The notes beneath the pieces are model-generated. The model saw only the letters and a program-made list of their open reading frames with translations, was not told the origin of the DNA and searched no databases. The position numbers and the translations under genes were made by a program. 64,000 bases of DNA from Candidatus Sulfopaludibacter sp. SbA3 (GTDB taxonomy: Bacteria > Pseudomonadota > Alphaproteobacteria > Caulobacterales > Hyphomonadaceae), in contig CAMDAC010000013.1 in the NCBI GenBank assembly GCA_945888325.1, positions 3,520-67,519 on the forward strand. The letters run 5' to 3'. Below, one piece after another: positions 9,649 through 20,757 of this stretch (positions are counted from its first letter, which is position 1; every line of letters begins with the position of its first letter).

Positions 9649-9649
<1 letters not shown>
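9071..9649 (-). CDS. DUF1801 / YdeI-like domain protein
   Basis: 192 aa. N-terminal VDAYIEKAAEFAQPMLHRLREMAHAICPEAEETIKWGAPS is DUF1801-like. The C-terminal WITDAKQDATRIRRIEQALEWL is YdeI/OmpD-associated-like. Its ATG shares one nt with the acs stop (TGATG). Confidence 0.6.
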
Positions 9650-11595
<1,946 letters not shown>

Positions 11596-11622
11596 GGATC
11601 GGGCCTGACTGGTTTGCTGGGC

Positions 11623-13401
11623 CTAGTCTACCGGCGCCATGCCCGAGTCTGCAATGCCATGGGAACGGCGGGTGCCGGGAATCCGGATGTCCTCGACAAG
11701 GTCCTGGATGTCCTGCGGGGGCGGTTTGGTGGCAAGCGAGACGGTCACACCGACCACGAGCGCCACCAGCATGAACACGAAGCCGATGCCCTCTGGCGAG
11801 ACGCCGAGGAACCACTCGTCTGCCGTGGCCGCTTTGCCCGCGCCCAGCTTGAAGTGCCAGATATAGGCGAAGGTGGGGATCAGGCCGGTGAGCATGGAGG
11901 CGATGGCGCCTTCCCGGTTCATGCGCTTCCAGAAGATTCCGAGCAGGATGACCGGGAAGAGCGACGCCGCCGCCAAGCCGAAGGCGAAGGCGACCACCTG
12001 CGCGACGAAGGCGAGCTGCTGTGAGTAGATGCCCATGAAACCTGCCGCGATGACGGCGGCAGCGGCGGCGCCCCGTGCGACGCGCAACTCGGTCTTGTCG
12101 GTCATGCCCTTGAAGAAGGTGCGGCGGCAGAGGTCGTGGCTGATCGCGGACGAGATGACCATCAGCAGGCCGGCAGCGGTGGACAGCGCGGCGGCGAGAC
12201 CGCCCGCGACGACGAGGCCGATGACCCATTCCGGCAGCTGCGCGATCTCCGGATTGGCGAGGACGTAGATGTCGTTGTTGACGGTGACTTCGTTCTCGAG
12301 GCCGTCCGGCGCGGCAGGGCCGCGGATCTGCATCTGGCCGTCGCCGTTCTTGTCGTCGAAGGCGACGAGGCCGGTGGTCTCCCAGTTGGCGAACCAGGCG
12401 GGGCTCGGCGTCTCGCCGGCTTCGCTGACAAGCTGGCTGCCTTGCGCATATTCCGCGGCGGGCACATAGGTCGTCTCGTTGACCGACTCGATGATGTTGT
12501 GGCGCGCGAAGGCGCCGACGGCGGGGGCGACGGTGTAGAGGATTGCGATAAACACGAGGGCCCAGCCCGCGGACAGACGCGCGTCCGCCGCGTTTGGCAC
12601 GGTGAAGAAGCGGATAATGACGTGCGGCAGGCCGGCGGTGCCGAACATCAGCGCGGCGGTGATGCAGAATATGTCGAAGTTCGTCTTGGTGGAGGACAGG
12701 TAGCTGGTGAAGCCGAGGCCCTGCACGGTCTCGTCGAGCTTCTGCAACATCGAGACATCATCGCCCTTGAGGTTGCCGATGAAGCCGAGCTGCGGGACCG
12801 GGTTGTTGGTCAGCATCAGCGAAATGAAGATGGCGGGCACGGTGTAAGCGAAGATCAGCACCACGTATTGCGCGACCTGGGTGTAGGTGACGCCCTTCAT
12901 GCCGCCGAGGACGGCATAGACGAAGACGATGCCCATGCCGAAGAAGATGCCGGTGTTGAAGTCGACGCCGAGGAAGCGCGAGAAGGCGATGCCGACGCCG
13001 GACATCTGGCCGGCGATGTAGGTGAACGAGACGAACAGCGCGCAGATGACGGCGACGATGCGGGCGGTGCCGGAATAGTACCGGTCGCCGACGAAATCCG
13101 GCACCGTGAATTTGCCGAACTCGCGCAGGAAGGGGGCGAGCAGCAGCGCCAGCAAAACGTAACCGCCGGTCCAGCCCATCAGGTAGACCGAGCCGCCATA
13201 GCCCATGCCGGCGATCAGCCCGGCCATCGACAGGAAGGAGGCGGCGCTCATCCAGTCGGCGGCGGTGGCCATGCCGTTGACGACCGGGTGGACGCCGTGG
13301 CCGGCGACGTAGAAATCATTGGTGGAACCGGCGCGGGCCCAGAGGGCGATGCCGATGTAGAGGCCGAAGGTTCCGAAGACCCAGATCAGTGTCCAATCCA
13401 T
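11623..13401 (-). CDS. Sodium:solute symporter family protein (ActP / VC_2705-like, probable acetate uptake)
   Basis: 592 aa with about 13-14 hydrophobic helices. Located between the small DUF4212 subunit gene and acs. Confidence 0.85.
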   Translation of the reverse strand: MDWTLIWVFGTFGLYIGIALWARAGSTNDFYVAGHGVHPVVNGMATAADWMSAASFLSMAGLIAGMGYGGSVYLMGWTGGYVLLALLLAPFLREFGKFTVPDFVGDRYYSGTARIVAVICALFVSFTYIAGQMSGVGIAFSRFLGVDFNTGIFFGMGIVFVYAVLGGMKGVTYTQVAQYVVLIFAYTVPAIFISLMLTNNPVPQLGFIGNLKGDDVSMLQKLDETVQGLGFTSYLSSTKTNFDIFCITAALMFGTAGLPHVIIRFFTVPNAADARLSAGWALVFIAILYTVAPAVGAFARHNIIESVNETTYVPAAEYAQGSQLVSEAGETPSPAWFANWETTGLVAFDDKNGDGQMQIRGPAAPDGLENEVTVNNDIYVLANPEIAQLPEWVIGLVVAGGLAAALSTAAGLLMVISSAISHDLCRRTFFKGMTDKTELRVARGAAAAAVIAAGFMGIYSQQLAFVAQVVAFAFGLAAASLFPVILLGIFWKRMNREGAIASMLTGLIPTFAYIWHFKLGAGKAATADEWFLGVSPEGIGFVFMLVALVVGVTVSLATKPPPQDIQDLVEDIRIPGTRRSHGIADSGMAPVD

Positions 13402-13404
13402 GTC

Positions 13405-13683
13405 TCAGCCCTCGATCCGGTATTTCTTCTCGAGGCGGTTCATCGCGGCGCAGTAGTAGAAGATCAGCGCGACGAAGACATAGATCGAGCCGTTCTGGGC
13501 GAACCAGAAACCGAGCGGGGCGCCGCCGATATGGAACTGGTCGAGGAATTCGCGGAAGAGGATTCCGGCGCCGAAGGAGACGAGGAACCAGATCGCCAGC
13601 AGCGTCAGCGTGAGGCGGATGACTTCGGGCCAGTAGGCCTTGCGGTCTGGCGTTTGGTCTGACGATTCTGGCGCGTCGGCCAT
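13405..13683 (-). CDS. DUF4212 small membrane protein (solute symporter small subunit)
   Basis: 92 aa with two TM helices. LGFWFAQNGSIYVFVALIFYY matches my memory of DUF4212. Its stop is 3 nt before the symporter ATG. Confidence 0.75.
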   Translation of the reverse strand: MADAPESSDQTPDRKAYWPEVIRLTLTLLAIWFLVSFGAGILFREFLDQFHIGGAPLGFWFAQNGSIYVFVALIFYYCAAMNRLEKKYRIEG

Positions 13684-13808
13684 GTGGTCCCTCCCCGGAC
13701 TCGGTGTTCCGGTGATGTGGCAGCACTAAACCGGCCCGATCAAGCCTTTACTTGGCGCAAGGAGCGCGTTCTGATCGGCGGCAACAAGAAACAACGGGAG
13801 GACGGGCC

Positions 13809-14813
13809 ATGTTCAACAATACCGAATGGCTGAGCCAGGTGCGTGAGGACGTGATTGATCCGGCGCGCGAGATTGTTGACCCGCATCACCATCTCTGGCC
13901 GAAGCCGCACCTCGAATATGATCTCGAGGAGCTGTGGTCCGACACTCAGGACGGGCACAAGGTGGTGCAGACGGTGTTCATGGAGTGCGGGTCGGCTTAC
14001 CGCACGGATGGGCCGGAGCATCTGTTCCCGGTCGGCGAGACAGAGTTCGTGACGGCGGCGGCGCTACGGGCGGCGCAGGAGCCGGAGAAGGCGCAGATTG
14101 CCGGGATCGTGGCGCATGCGGACTTGCGGCGGGAGGACCTGGACGCCATCCTGGACGCGCATGAGGTCTCCGCGCGGGGCCTGTTCCGGGGCATCCGGCA
14201 TTCGGGGTCGCGCGACGAGAGCGGCGCGCCGCTGAGCATTCCGGGACGCGCGCCGAAGGGCCTGTTCGAGGACGCGGCATTCCGGCGCGGCGTGGCGCGG
14301 CTGGGCGAGCGGAGGCTGACCTATGACACGTGGATCTACCATCATCAGCTGACGGACTATGCGGCGCTCGCGCGCGCGGCGCCGGGCACGATGATGATCC
14401 TTGACCATTTCGGCACGCCGCTGGGCGTCGGCCCGTATGCCGGCAAGCGGGACGAGATCTTCGCGAAGTGGAAGGATGACATTGCTGCGGTGGCGGCCTG
14501 CCCGAATGTCTACGCGAAGCTCGGCGGGCTGGCGATGCCGGACAATGGTTTCGGCTGGAGCGGGCGGGCGAAACCTCCGGGCTCGGATGAGTTCGTCGAG
14601 GCGCAGGCGCCTTGGTACCATCACGCGATCAAGGTGTTCGGGCCGGAGCGCTGCATGTTCGAGAGCAATTTCCCGGTCGACCGGTTGTCGCTGAGCTACC
14701 GGACGCTGTGGAACGGGCTGAAGAAGATCGCAAAGGACTATCCGGAGGCTGCGCAGGCGGCGATGTTCAGCGGGACCGCGCGGAAGGTCTACAAGCTGGA
14801 GGGCGTGCAATGA
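13809..14813 (+). CDS. Amidohydrolase-2 family metal-dependent hydrolase
   Basis: ATG 13809 within track ORF 13752..14813. N-terminal HxH metal motif IVDPHHHLWP. About 334 aa. Confidence 0.75.
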   Translation: MFNNTEWLSQVREDVIDPAREIVDPHHHLWPKPHLEYDLEELWSDTQDGHKVVQTVFMECGSAYRTDGPEHLFPVGETEFVTAAALRAAQEPEKAQIAGIVAHADLRREDLDAILDAHEVSARGLFRGIRHSGSRDESGAPLSIPGRAPKGLFEDAAFRRGVARLGERRLTYDTWIYHHQLTDYAALARAAPGTMMILDHFGTPLGVGPYAGKRDEIFAKWKDDIAAVAACPNVYAKLGGLAMPDNGFGWSGRAKPPGSDEFVEAQAPWYHHAIKVFGPERCMFESNFPVDRLSLSYRTLWNGLKKIAKDYPEAAQAAMFSGTARKVYKLEGVQ

Positions 14814-15847
14814 CGAAACTCCCGCCCCTTCCCGCGCAGCCCGCGGGCGTGCCGTGGCCGACGGCTAAATGGCCCGAGGCGAAGCCGGGTGCGGCGACGG
14901 CGGCGACGCTCGCGCCGCTGCTGGACCTGGCGTTCAGCGATCCGGCGCCGGCGAGCCTCGGCCAGACACATGCCTTCCTCGCTGTGCAGGGCGGGCGGAT
15001 TGTGGCGGAGCGGTACTGGACCGGGTTCGGGCCAGAGAGCACGCATCATTCCTGGTCGCAGGCCAAGAGCATGACGCAGGCGCTGGTCGGCATTCTCGTG
15101 CGCGAGGGCAAGCTCGACATCCATGCGCCGGCCGATGTGCCGGAATGGCAGGGTACGGACGATCCGCGCCGCGCGATCACGCTGGACCAATTGCTGCGGA
15201 TGTCGAGCGGGCTGAAGTTTGCCGAGGATTATGTGGATGCGGGCGTCTCGGATGTGATCGAGATGCTGTTCGGCTCGGGCAAGGAGGATGTCGGCGGGTT
15301 TGCCGCGAAGTATCCGCTGATCCATCCGCCGGGCACGGCCTGGAGCTATGCGAGCGGGACGACCAACATCGTGGCGCGCATCGCGGCGCGGGCGCTGGGG
15401 GCGAACGGCGAGGCGTTCCGCGAGTTCATGTTCCGGGAACTGTTCGGGCCGATCGGCATGACGTCGGCTGACCCGAAATTCGACAAGGCGGGCACGTTCA
15501 TCGGCTCGTCCTTCTGTTTCTGCACGGTGCGGGATTTTGCGCGCTTCGGGATGCTGTACCTGCGCGGCGGCGTCTGGGACGGGCGGCGCATCCTGCCGGA
15601 GGGCTGGGTGGACTATGCGCGCACGCCGACGCCCGTGCCGCCGACCGAGACCTATGGCTACGGCGCGCACTGGTGGCTGGGCATGGCGGGGCCGGGCAGC
15701 TTCTCGTCGAATGGCTATGAGGGGCAGTACACGGTGATGGTGCCGGAGCTGGACCTGATCCTCGTGCGCAACGGGAAATCCCCGCTGGAGCAGAAGGATG
15801 CGGTGATGCAGTGGATGGGGGATGTGGCGGACTGTTTCCGGGGCTAA
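14810..15847 (+). CDS. Serine hydrolase (beta-lactamase / transpeptidase-like family)
   Basis: ATG 14810 overlaps the stop of the upstream gene (ATGA). SxxK motif in HHSWSQAKSMT. 345 aa. Confidence 0.7.
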   Translation: MTKLPPLPAQPAGVPWPTAKWPEAKPGAATAATLAPLLDLAFSDPAPASLGQTHAFLAVQGGRIVAERYWTGFGPESTHHSWSQAKSMTQALVGILVREGKLDIHAPADVPEWQGTDDPRRAITLDQLLRMSSGLKFAEDYVDAGVSDVIEMLFGSGKEDVGGFAAKYPLIHPPGTAWSYASGTTNIVARIAARALGANGEAFREFMFRELFGPIGMTSADPKFDKAGTFIGSSFCFCTVRDFARFGMLYLRGGVWDGRRILPEGWVDYARTPTPVPPTETYGYGAHWWLGMAGPGSFSSNGYEGQYTVMVPELDLILVRNGKSPLEQKDAVMQWMGDVADCFRG

Positions 15848-15856
15848 CGGCCCCGC

Positions 15857-15885
15857 TTGCCTTCCAACCGCCCTTCCCCTATACG
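15857..15885 (+). promoter_or_regulatory. Putative sigma70-type promoter of the L25/ctc gene
   Basis: TTGCCT (15857-15862), a 17-nt spacer, then TATACG (15880-15885), about 90 nt upstream of the ctc ATG. Sequence pattern only. Confidence 0.35.
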
Positions 15886-15973
15886 CCCGGCTTCAAAGGA
15901 CGGCGCCAGGCCGTACCTGTCAGGTTCCGACTTTCCCTAGGGGAAAGCACGGTCCAGGGCGAAAGGAAACCAA

Positions 15974-16705
15974 ATGTCCAAGCACAATATTTCATTCAAT
16001 GTTGAGGTGCGTGAGCGCGTCGGCACCGGCGGCGCCCGTGAGGCTCGCCGCCAAGGCTTCGTGCCCGGCGTCCTGTACGGCGGCGAACTCGCCCCGGTCG
16101 CCATCAACCTCAAGAAAGCCGAAGTGATCAAGGCGATCGAAACAGGCCAGTTCCTGAACGCGACCGCCACGCTGATCCACAAAGGCGAAAAGCAGCTCGT
16201 GATCCCGCAGGGCATCCAGATGCACCCGGTCTCTGACCAGCCCTGGCACGTCGACCTGCGCCGCGTCGAGCCGGACCAGATCATCAAGGTCGAGGTTCCG
16301 GTCCACTTCAAGGGCCAGGACGCCAGCCCCGGCCTCAAGAAGGGCGGCACGCTCAACATCGTCCGCCACGCGGTCGAACTGAACGTTCCGGCTGCCAAGA
16401 TCCCGGAATACATCGAGGCCGACATCTCCGCGCTCGAAGTTGGCGACAACGTCAAGATCTCGGACATCAAACTGCCGAGCAACGCGACTCCTGCCATCAC
16501 CGACCGTGACTTCACGATCGCCACGATCGCAGGCCGCGGCGGCAAGGCCGAGGAAGGGCCCGCAGCGGCTGCTTCGGCAGATGCCGTGCCGGCCGCCAAG
16601 GCCAAGGCACCGGCCGCAGGCGCAGCAGCCCCGGCCAAGGGCGCTGCCCCGGCCAAGGGCGCTGCCCCGGCCAAGGCCCCGGCGAAGCCTGCCGGCAAGA
16701 AGTGA
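15974..16705 (+). CDS. rplY: 50S ribosomal protein L25 / general stress protein Ctc
   Basis: 243 aa. N-terminus RERVGTGGAREARRQGFVPGVLYGG is typical of L25/Ctc. Ala/Pro/Lys-rich C-terminal tail. AGGAAA lies upstream of the ATG. Confidence 0.9.
   Translation: MSKHNISFNVEVRERVGTGGAREARRQGFVPGVLYGGELAPVAINLKKAEVIKAIETGQFLNATATLIHKGEKQLVIPQGIQMHPVSDQPWHVDLRRVEPDQIIKVEVPVHFKGQDASPGLKKGGTLNIVRHAVELNVPAAKIPEYIEADISALEVGDNVKISDIKLPSNATPAITDRDFTIATIAGRGGKAEEGPAAAASADAVPAAKAKAPAAGAAAPAKGAAPAKGAAPAKAPAKPAGKK
16628..16676 (+). repeat. 18-nt tandem repeat (about 2.7 copies) inside the L25 C-terminal tail
   Basis: gccccggccaagggcgct occurs at 16628-16645 and 16646-16663, with a partial third copy to 16676. 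It encodes the repeated APAKGA. Confidence 0.8.
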
Positions 16706-16722
16706 TCCTTCTGGACAATCTG

Positions 16723-16758
16723 GAGGCCGCCCGTCACAAGCGGGCGGCCTCTTTGATT
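16723..16758 (+). terminator. Intrinsic terminator or attenuator after ctc
   Basis: An 11-bp GC-rich stem (gaggccgcccg / cgggcggcctc) with a 7-nt loop, followed by tttgatt. Confidence 0.6.
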
Positions 16759-16790
16759 CCGGGGGCGGATGAAGGACGGACAGGCGAGCC

Positions 16791-17414
16791 ATGCTGATCC
16801 TTGCCGGACAGGGAAACCCGGGCGCGAAGTACGCCAAGAACCGGCACAATACCGGCTTCCTGCTGCTCGACCGGATTCACGCCGTGCACGGCTTCGGCCC
16901 GTGGCGCGCGAAATTCGATTCCGAGATTTCCGAAGGGGCCATCGACACCGCGAACGGCCGGCTGAAAGTGCTGCTGCTGAAGCCGCTGACCTATTACAAC
17001 GAGTCCGGGCGGGCGCTGTCGAAGGCGTGCGCGTTCTACAAGGTGGGACCCGAAGCGGTCACGCTGATGTATGACGAGATTGATCTCGCGCCGGGGCGCG
17101 TGCGCGTGAAGCGCGGCGGCGGCGCGGCGGGCAACAATGGCGTACGCTCGGCGACGGCGCACCTTGGCCCGGACTTCCGGCGCATCCGCGTCGGCGTCGG
17201 CCATCCGGGCGACAAGTCGCTGGTGATGCCCTACGTGCTGTCGGACTTTCCGAAGGTAGATCTCGAGTGGTTCGTGCCGCTCGGCGAGGCGATCTGCAAG
17301 GCCCTGCCCTACCTGCTGGCCGATGACGACGAGCGGTTCCAGACCGAGGTCATGCGGCTCGCCCCCGCCCCGAAACTGGACCCGAAACAGGCGGGCCGTC
17401 CGGGGACGGAGTAA
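16791..17414 (+). CDS. pth: Peptidyl-tRNA hydrolase
   Basis: 207 aa. N-terminal GQGNPGAKYAKNRHNTGF matches the Pth signature. Conserved L25-pth arrangement. Confidence 0.95.
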   Translation: MLILAGQGNPGAKYAKNRHNTGFLLLDRIHAVHGFGPWRAKFDSEISEGAIDTANGRLKVLLLKPLTYYNESGRALSKACAFYKVGPEAVTLMYDEIDLAPGRVRVKRGGGAAGNNGVRSATAHLGPDFRRIRVGVGHPGDKSLVMPYVLSDFPKVDLEWFVPLGEAICKALPYLLADDDERFQTEVMRLAPAPKLDPKQAGRPGTE

Positions 17415-17420
17415 CGCCGG

Positions 17421-17888
17421 TCAGGCCTTGCGGACAATCACCATGCTGGAGCGCGTCGAGTCCACGACCACCCGGTCGCCGAGGCTCAGCGTGCCTTCGC
17501 CGTCGGCGGCTTCAGCGCCCCAGACGGTGTCACCGATCTTAACCTGGCCTTGTCCGCCGTTGAATTCCCGCGTGATCTCGCCGCGCTGACCGACGAGCTG
17601 GACCATGCGCTTGTTGAGCGTCGGGTGCTCCGGCGCGGCCTTGCGCATGTTCGGGAACACCGAGCGGCTGATCACGATCAGCGCGATGGCGGCGAACATG
17701 AAGACGAGGATCTGCACATGCCAGGCGGTGGCCGATTCCGGCGCGACCGAGGCGAAGATCGCCGTCATGCCGGCGGCGATGGACGCCATCAGCAGGTCGA
17801 ACGTCCCGGTCACCATCTCGATGCCGAACAGGATCAGGGCGAGCACCAGCCAGTGCCACCAGGTGATCTCGGAGAGCAGTTGTTCCAT
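17421..17888 (-). CDS. NfeD family membrane protein
   Basis: 155 aa. N-terminal TM helices plus a C-terminal OB-like domain (GQGQVKIGDTVWGA). Lies immediately downstream of the SPFH gene. Confidence 0.8.
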   Translation of the reverse strand: MEQLLSEITWWHWLVLALILFGIEMVTGTFDLLMASIAAGMTAIFASVAPESATAWHVQILVFMFAAIALIVISRSVFPNMRKAAPEHPTLNKRMVQLVGQRGEITREFNGGQGQVKIGDTVWGAEAADGEGTLSLGDRVVVDSTRSSMVIVRKA

Positions 17889-17917
17889 GGATTTAGCCTT
17901 CTTCTGCAGGCGGAGGA

Positions 17918-18880
17918 TCAGGTGCGGGTCGGCGGCACGGCGCTGCCGGCCGGGCGCGGCGCGGCGTTCGCCGCTTTTGCCGAGTCCGTCAGTCCACGGA
18001 TGCCTTCGATCGTGCCGAGGATGGACGAGAATTCCGCCGGGATGATGACCGTGCGTTGCTGCGGCGAGGTTGCGAGTTTCTCGAACGCGGCGACATAGGC
18101 CTGGCCGAGGAAGTAGTTGATCGCATTGACGTCGCCCTTGGCAATCGCTTCGGAGACCATGGCGGTGGCTTTCGCTTCGGCTTCGGCTTCGCGCTCGCGC
18201 GCTTCGGCGTCGCGGAAGGCGGCTTCCTTGCGGCCTTCGGCCTGGAGGATCTGCGACTGTTTCTGGCCTTCGGCCTTGAGGATCGCCGATTGCTTCTCGC
18301 CTTCTGCCGTGAGGATCTCCGCGCGCTTGAGGCGTTCGGCCTTCATCTGGCGGGCCATGGCTTCGGTTATGTCGGCCGGCGGGGTCAGGTCCTTGATCTC
18401 GATACGGGTAACCTTGACGCCCCAGGGGAGCGTCGCGGCGTCGATCGTGCCGAGGAGGCGGGCGTTGATCTCGTCGCGGTTGGAGAGGACCTGGTCGAGG
18501 TCCATCGAGCCGACCACGGTGCGGATGTTGGTCATTGAGAGGTTGGTGATGGCGCTGACGAGGTTGTTGACCTCATAGGCGGCCTGCACCGCGTCGATCA
18601 CCTGGATGAACACGATGGCGTCGCAGGAGACCATGGCGTTGTCGCGCGTGATCACTTCCTGCTGGGGCACGTCCAGCACCGTCTCCATCATGTTCATTTT
18701 CCGGCCGACCCGGTCAAACAGAGGATTGATCACGTGGGGGCCCGGCGCCAGCGTCCGCGTGTAGCGGCCGAAGCGCTCGATCGTCCAGTTATAGCCCTGC
18801 GGCACGAACTTCAGCGCGCCGAACAGGCCGATGATGACGACGACGAAGATCAGCAGGAAAGCTGAAATGACAATATCCAT
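17918..18880 (-). CDS. SPFH/band-7 (stomatin/QmcA-like) protein
   Basis: 320 aa. One N-terminal TM, then an SPFH core (QEVITRDNAMVSCDAIVFIQV) and a coiled-coil with EAE/KAE repeats. Confidence 0.9.
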   Translation of the reverse strand: MDIVISAFLLIFVVVIIGLFGALKFVPQGYNWTIERFGRYTRTLAPGPHVINPLFDRVGRKMNMMETVLDVPQQEVITRDNAMVSCDAIVFIQVIDAVQAAYEVNNLVSAITNLSMTNIRTVVGSMDLDQVLSNRDEINARLLGTIDAATLPWGVKVTRIEIKDLTPPADITEAMARQMKAERLKRAEILTAEGEKQSAILKAEGQKQSQILQAEGRKEAAFRDAEAREREAEAEAKATAMVSEAIAKGDVNAINYFLGQAYVAAFEKLATSPQQRTVIIPAEFSSILGTIEGIRGLTDSAKAANAAPRPAGSAVPPTRT

Positions 18881-19037
18881 GGGGTTCCCTCTCCACGATC
18901 TAACCTGAAGTTCAGATGGGGAGGGATTTGCCGATATTCAATAAAACCAGACACAAAATCGGCCAGCCCGTTCCCCGAGCAGGCCGATCATGGTCGTATT
19001 CGGTTAAGGTTCGTTAACAGCCCCGAACTTGGCCGGC

Positions 19038-19520
19038 CTAGAGCTGTGCGAGCAGGTAGTCCGCCGCCGAAACCTTGAACTCGCCGCCTTGCTCCACGTT
19101 GAGCTCGGCAACCACGCCGTCCTTCACCAGCATCGAGTAGCGCTGCGAGCGCTTGCCCATGCCGAAACCGGAGGCGTCCAGCTCGAGGCCGATGGACTGC
19201 GCGAAGGCGCCGTTACCGTCGGCCAACATGCGGATCTTGTCTTCGGCGTGCGAGGACTTGCCCCAGGCGCCCATGACGAACACGTCATTGACCGAGGTGC
19301 AGACGATTTCCTGGACGCCCTTGGCTTCGAACTCGCCGGCCTTGTCGACGAAGCCCGGAAGGTGGCGCGCCGAGCAGGTTGGCGTGTAGGCGCCGGGCAC
19401 GGCGAACAGGGCGACGGTCTTGCCGCCGAACACCTGCGCGGTGGTCACGGGTTTCGGGCCGTCCGCCGTCATTTCCATGAAGGTGGCTTCGGGCAGCTTG
19501 TCGCCGACTTTGATGGTCAT
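19038..19520 (-). CDS. Peroxiredoxin, Prx5 type
   Basis: 160 aa. Active-site motif PGAYTPTCS. AGGAG RBS upstream. Confidence 0.9.
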   Translation of the reverse strand: MTIKVGDKLPEATFMEMTADGPKPVTTAQVFGGKTVALFAVPGAYTPTCSARHLPGFVDKAGEFEAKGVQEIVCTSVNDVFVMGAWGKSSHAEDKIRMLADGNGAFAQSIGLELDASGFGMGKRSQRYSMLVKDGVVAELNVEQGGEFKVSAADYLLAQL

Positions 19521-19663
19521 GAGGCAGTCTCCTTTGTTGCCTGCCGGAGATAGGGCTGCGCGGGCGGAGCCGCAAGGCTTGGAAGACGAACGGGGCGCGG
19601 CCTGCGCGGGTTTTCACTTGCAATCGCACGCCCGGTGGCCCAGCCTTGATGCTGGAGGCAGGC

Positions 19664-20230
19664 ATGCAGCTCGATACCGACCTCACCGGCAAGCTCCTGA
19701 TCGCCCTTCCGGGCATCGGCGACACGCGCTTCGAGCGCTCGGTCATCCTGCTCTGCGCCCACACACCCGAGTTTGCGATGGGCATTGTGCTCAACAAACC
19801 CGTCGAGGGCGTCGACCTGCAGGACCTGATGGAGCAGATGGGCATCCAGATGGAAATCTCGCTGCGCGGCGTGACGGTGCTCGAAGGCGGGCCGGTGGCG
19901 ACCGAGCGCGGATTTGTTCTGCATACGGATGATGTAATCTGCGACGGCGCGACCATGGAAGTCGACGGCGACATCTGCATGACGGCGACGCGGGATATTC
20001 TCGGCATGGTCGCCTCGATGGCGGCGCCGCGGCAATCGGTGTTTGCGCTCGGCTATGCCGGGTGGGGCGCGGGGCAACTGGAAAGCGAGTTGGCGGAAAA
20101 TGCCTGGCTTGTGTGCGAGCCGGATTCCGATCTCGTGTTTGGCGACGCGCATGAGCACAAATGGCGCCACGCGATGACACGGCTGGGGGTTGACCTCTCG
20201 CGGCTGCATTCCGGCGCGGGGAATGCATGA
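19664..20230 (+). CDS. YqgE/AlgH family (UPF0301) protein
   Basis: Track ORF 19646..20230 starts at TTG. ATG 19664 has GGAGG 7 nt upstream. LTGKLLIALPG and SVILLCAHTPEFAMGIVLNKP are typical of the family. Confidence 0.85.
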   Translation: MQLDTDLTGKLLIALPGIGDTRFERSVILLCAHTPEFAMGIVLNKPVEGVDLQDLMEQMGIQMEISLRGVTVLEGGPVATERGFVLHTDDVICDGATMEVDGDICMTATRDILGMVASMAAPRQSVFALGYAGWGAGQLESELAENAWLVCEPDSDLVFGDAHEHKWRHAMTRLGVDLSRLHSGAGNA

Positions 20231-20757
20231 GACAGGCCGGCGCCATCACGATCCACGAAGCGGCCGCGCCGCTCGAGGTCGCAGCGTTCGGCGGGCTGAT
20301 CTCTGAATACGTCGCCTGGTGCCGCGAGCGATATCGGGACGATCCCTGGCTGGTCGAAATGGCCTTCAGCCATCAGGGGCTCGATGCGGAACTGCTGTCA
20401 CTCGCGGATCTCTACGGGCCGCCGAATGGCCGTATGCTGATTGCCGAGGACGCGCACGAAATCCTCGGCGGCGTCGCCTACAAGCGCGTGGACAAGGATA
20501 CGTGCGAGATGAAACGCCTGTTCGTGCGCAGCACGGCGAACGGGCGCGGCCTTGGGCGCAAGCTGTGCGAGGCGCTGATGCAGGCCGCCGTGCGAGACGG
20601 CTTCAAGACCATGCGCCTCGACACGACGCGTGACATGGTGGAGGCGATCGGCCTCTACCGCGCGTTCGGCTTCAAGGATGTGGCGCCGTTCGTGGAGTAC
20701 CCGGAGCGGATGCGGCCGATGATGCTGTTCATGGCGCGGGATCTGGCGGCGCCTTAG
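20227..20757 (+). CDS. GNAT family N-acetyltransferase
   Basis: 176 aa. Acetyl-CoA binding motif RGLGRKLCEAL. ATGA overlap with the upstream stop. Confidence 0.75.
   Translation: MRQAGAITIHEAAAPLEVAAFGGLISEYVAWCRERYRDDPWLVEMAFSHQGLDAELLSLADLYGPPNGRMLIAEDAHEILGGVAYKRVDKDTCEMKRLFVRSTANGRGLGRKLCEALMQAAVRDGFKTMRLDTTRDMVEAIGLYRAFGFKDVAPFVEYPERMRPMMLFMARDLAAP

Noticed and set aside
17421-18880. The SPFH/NfeD pair as a possible defence or novel membrane system.
   Set aside because: This two-gene arrangement is ubiquitous in bacteria and sits here among housekeeping genes (pth, peroxiredoxin). Nothing in the sequence distinguishes it from the ordinary pair.
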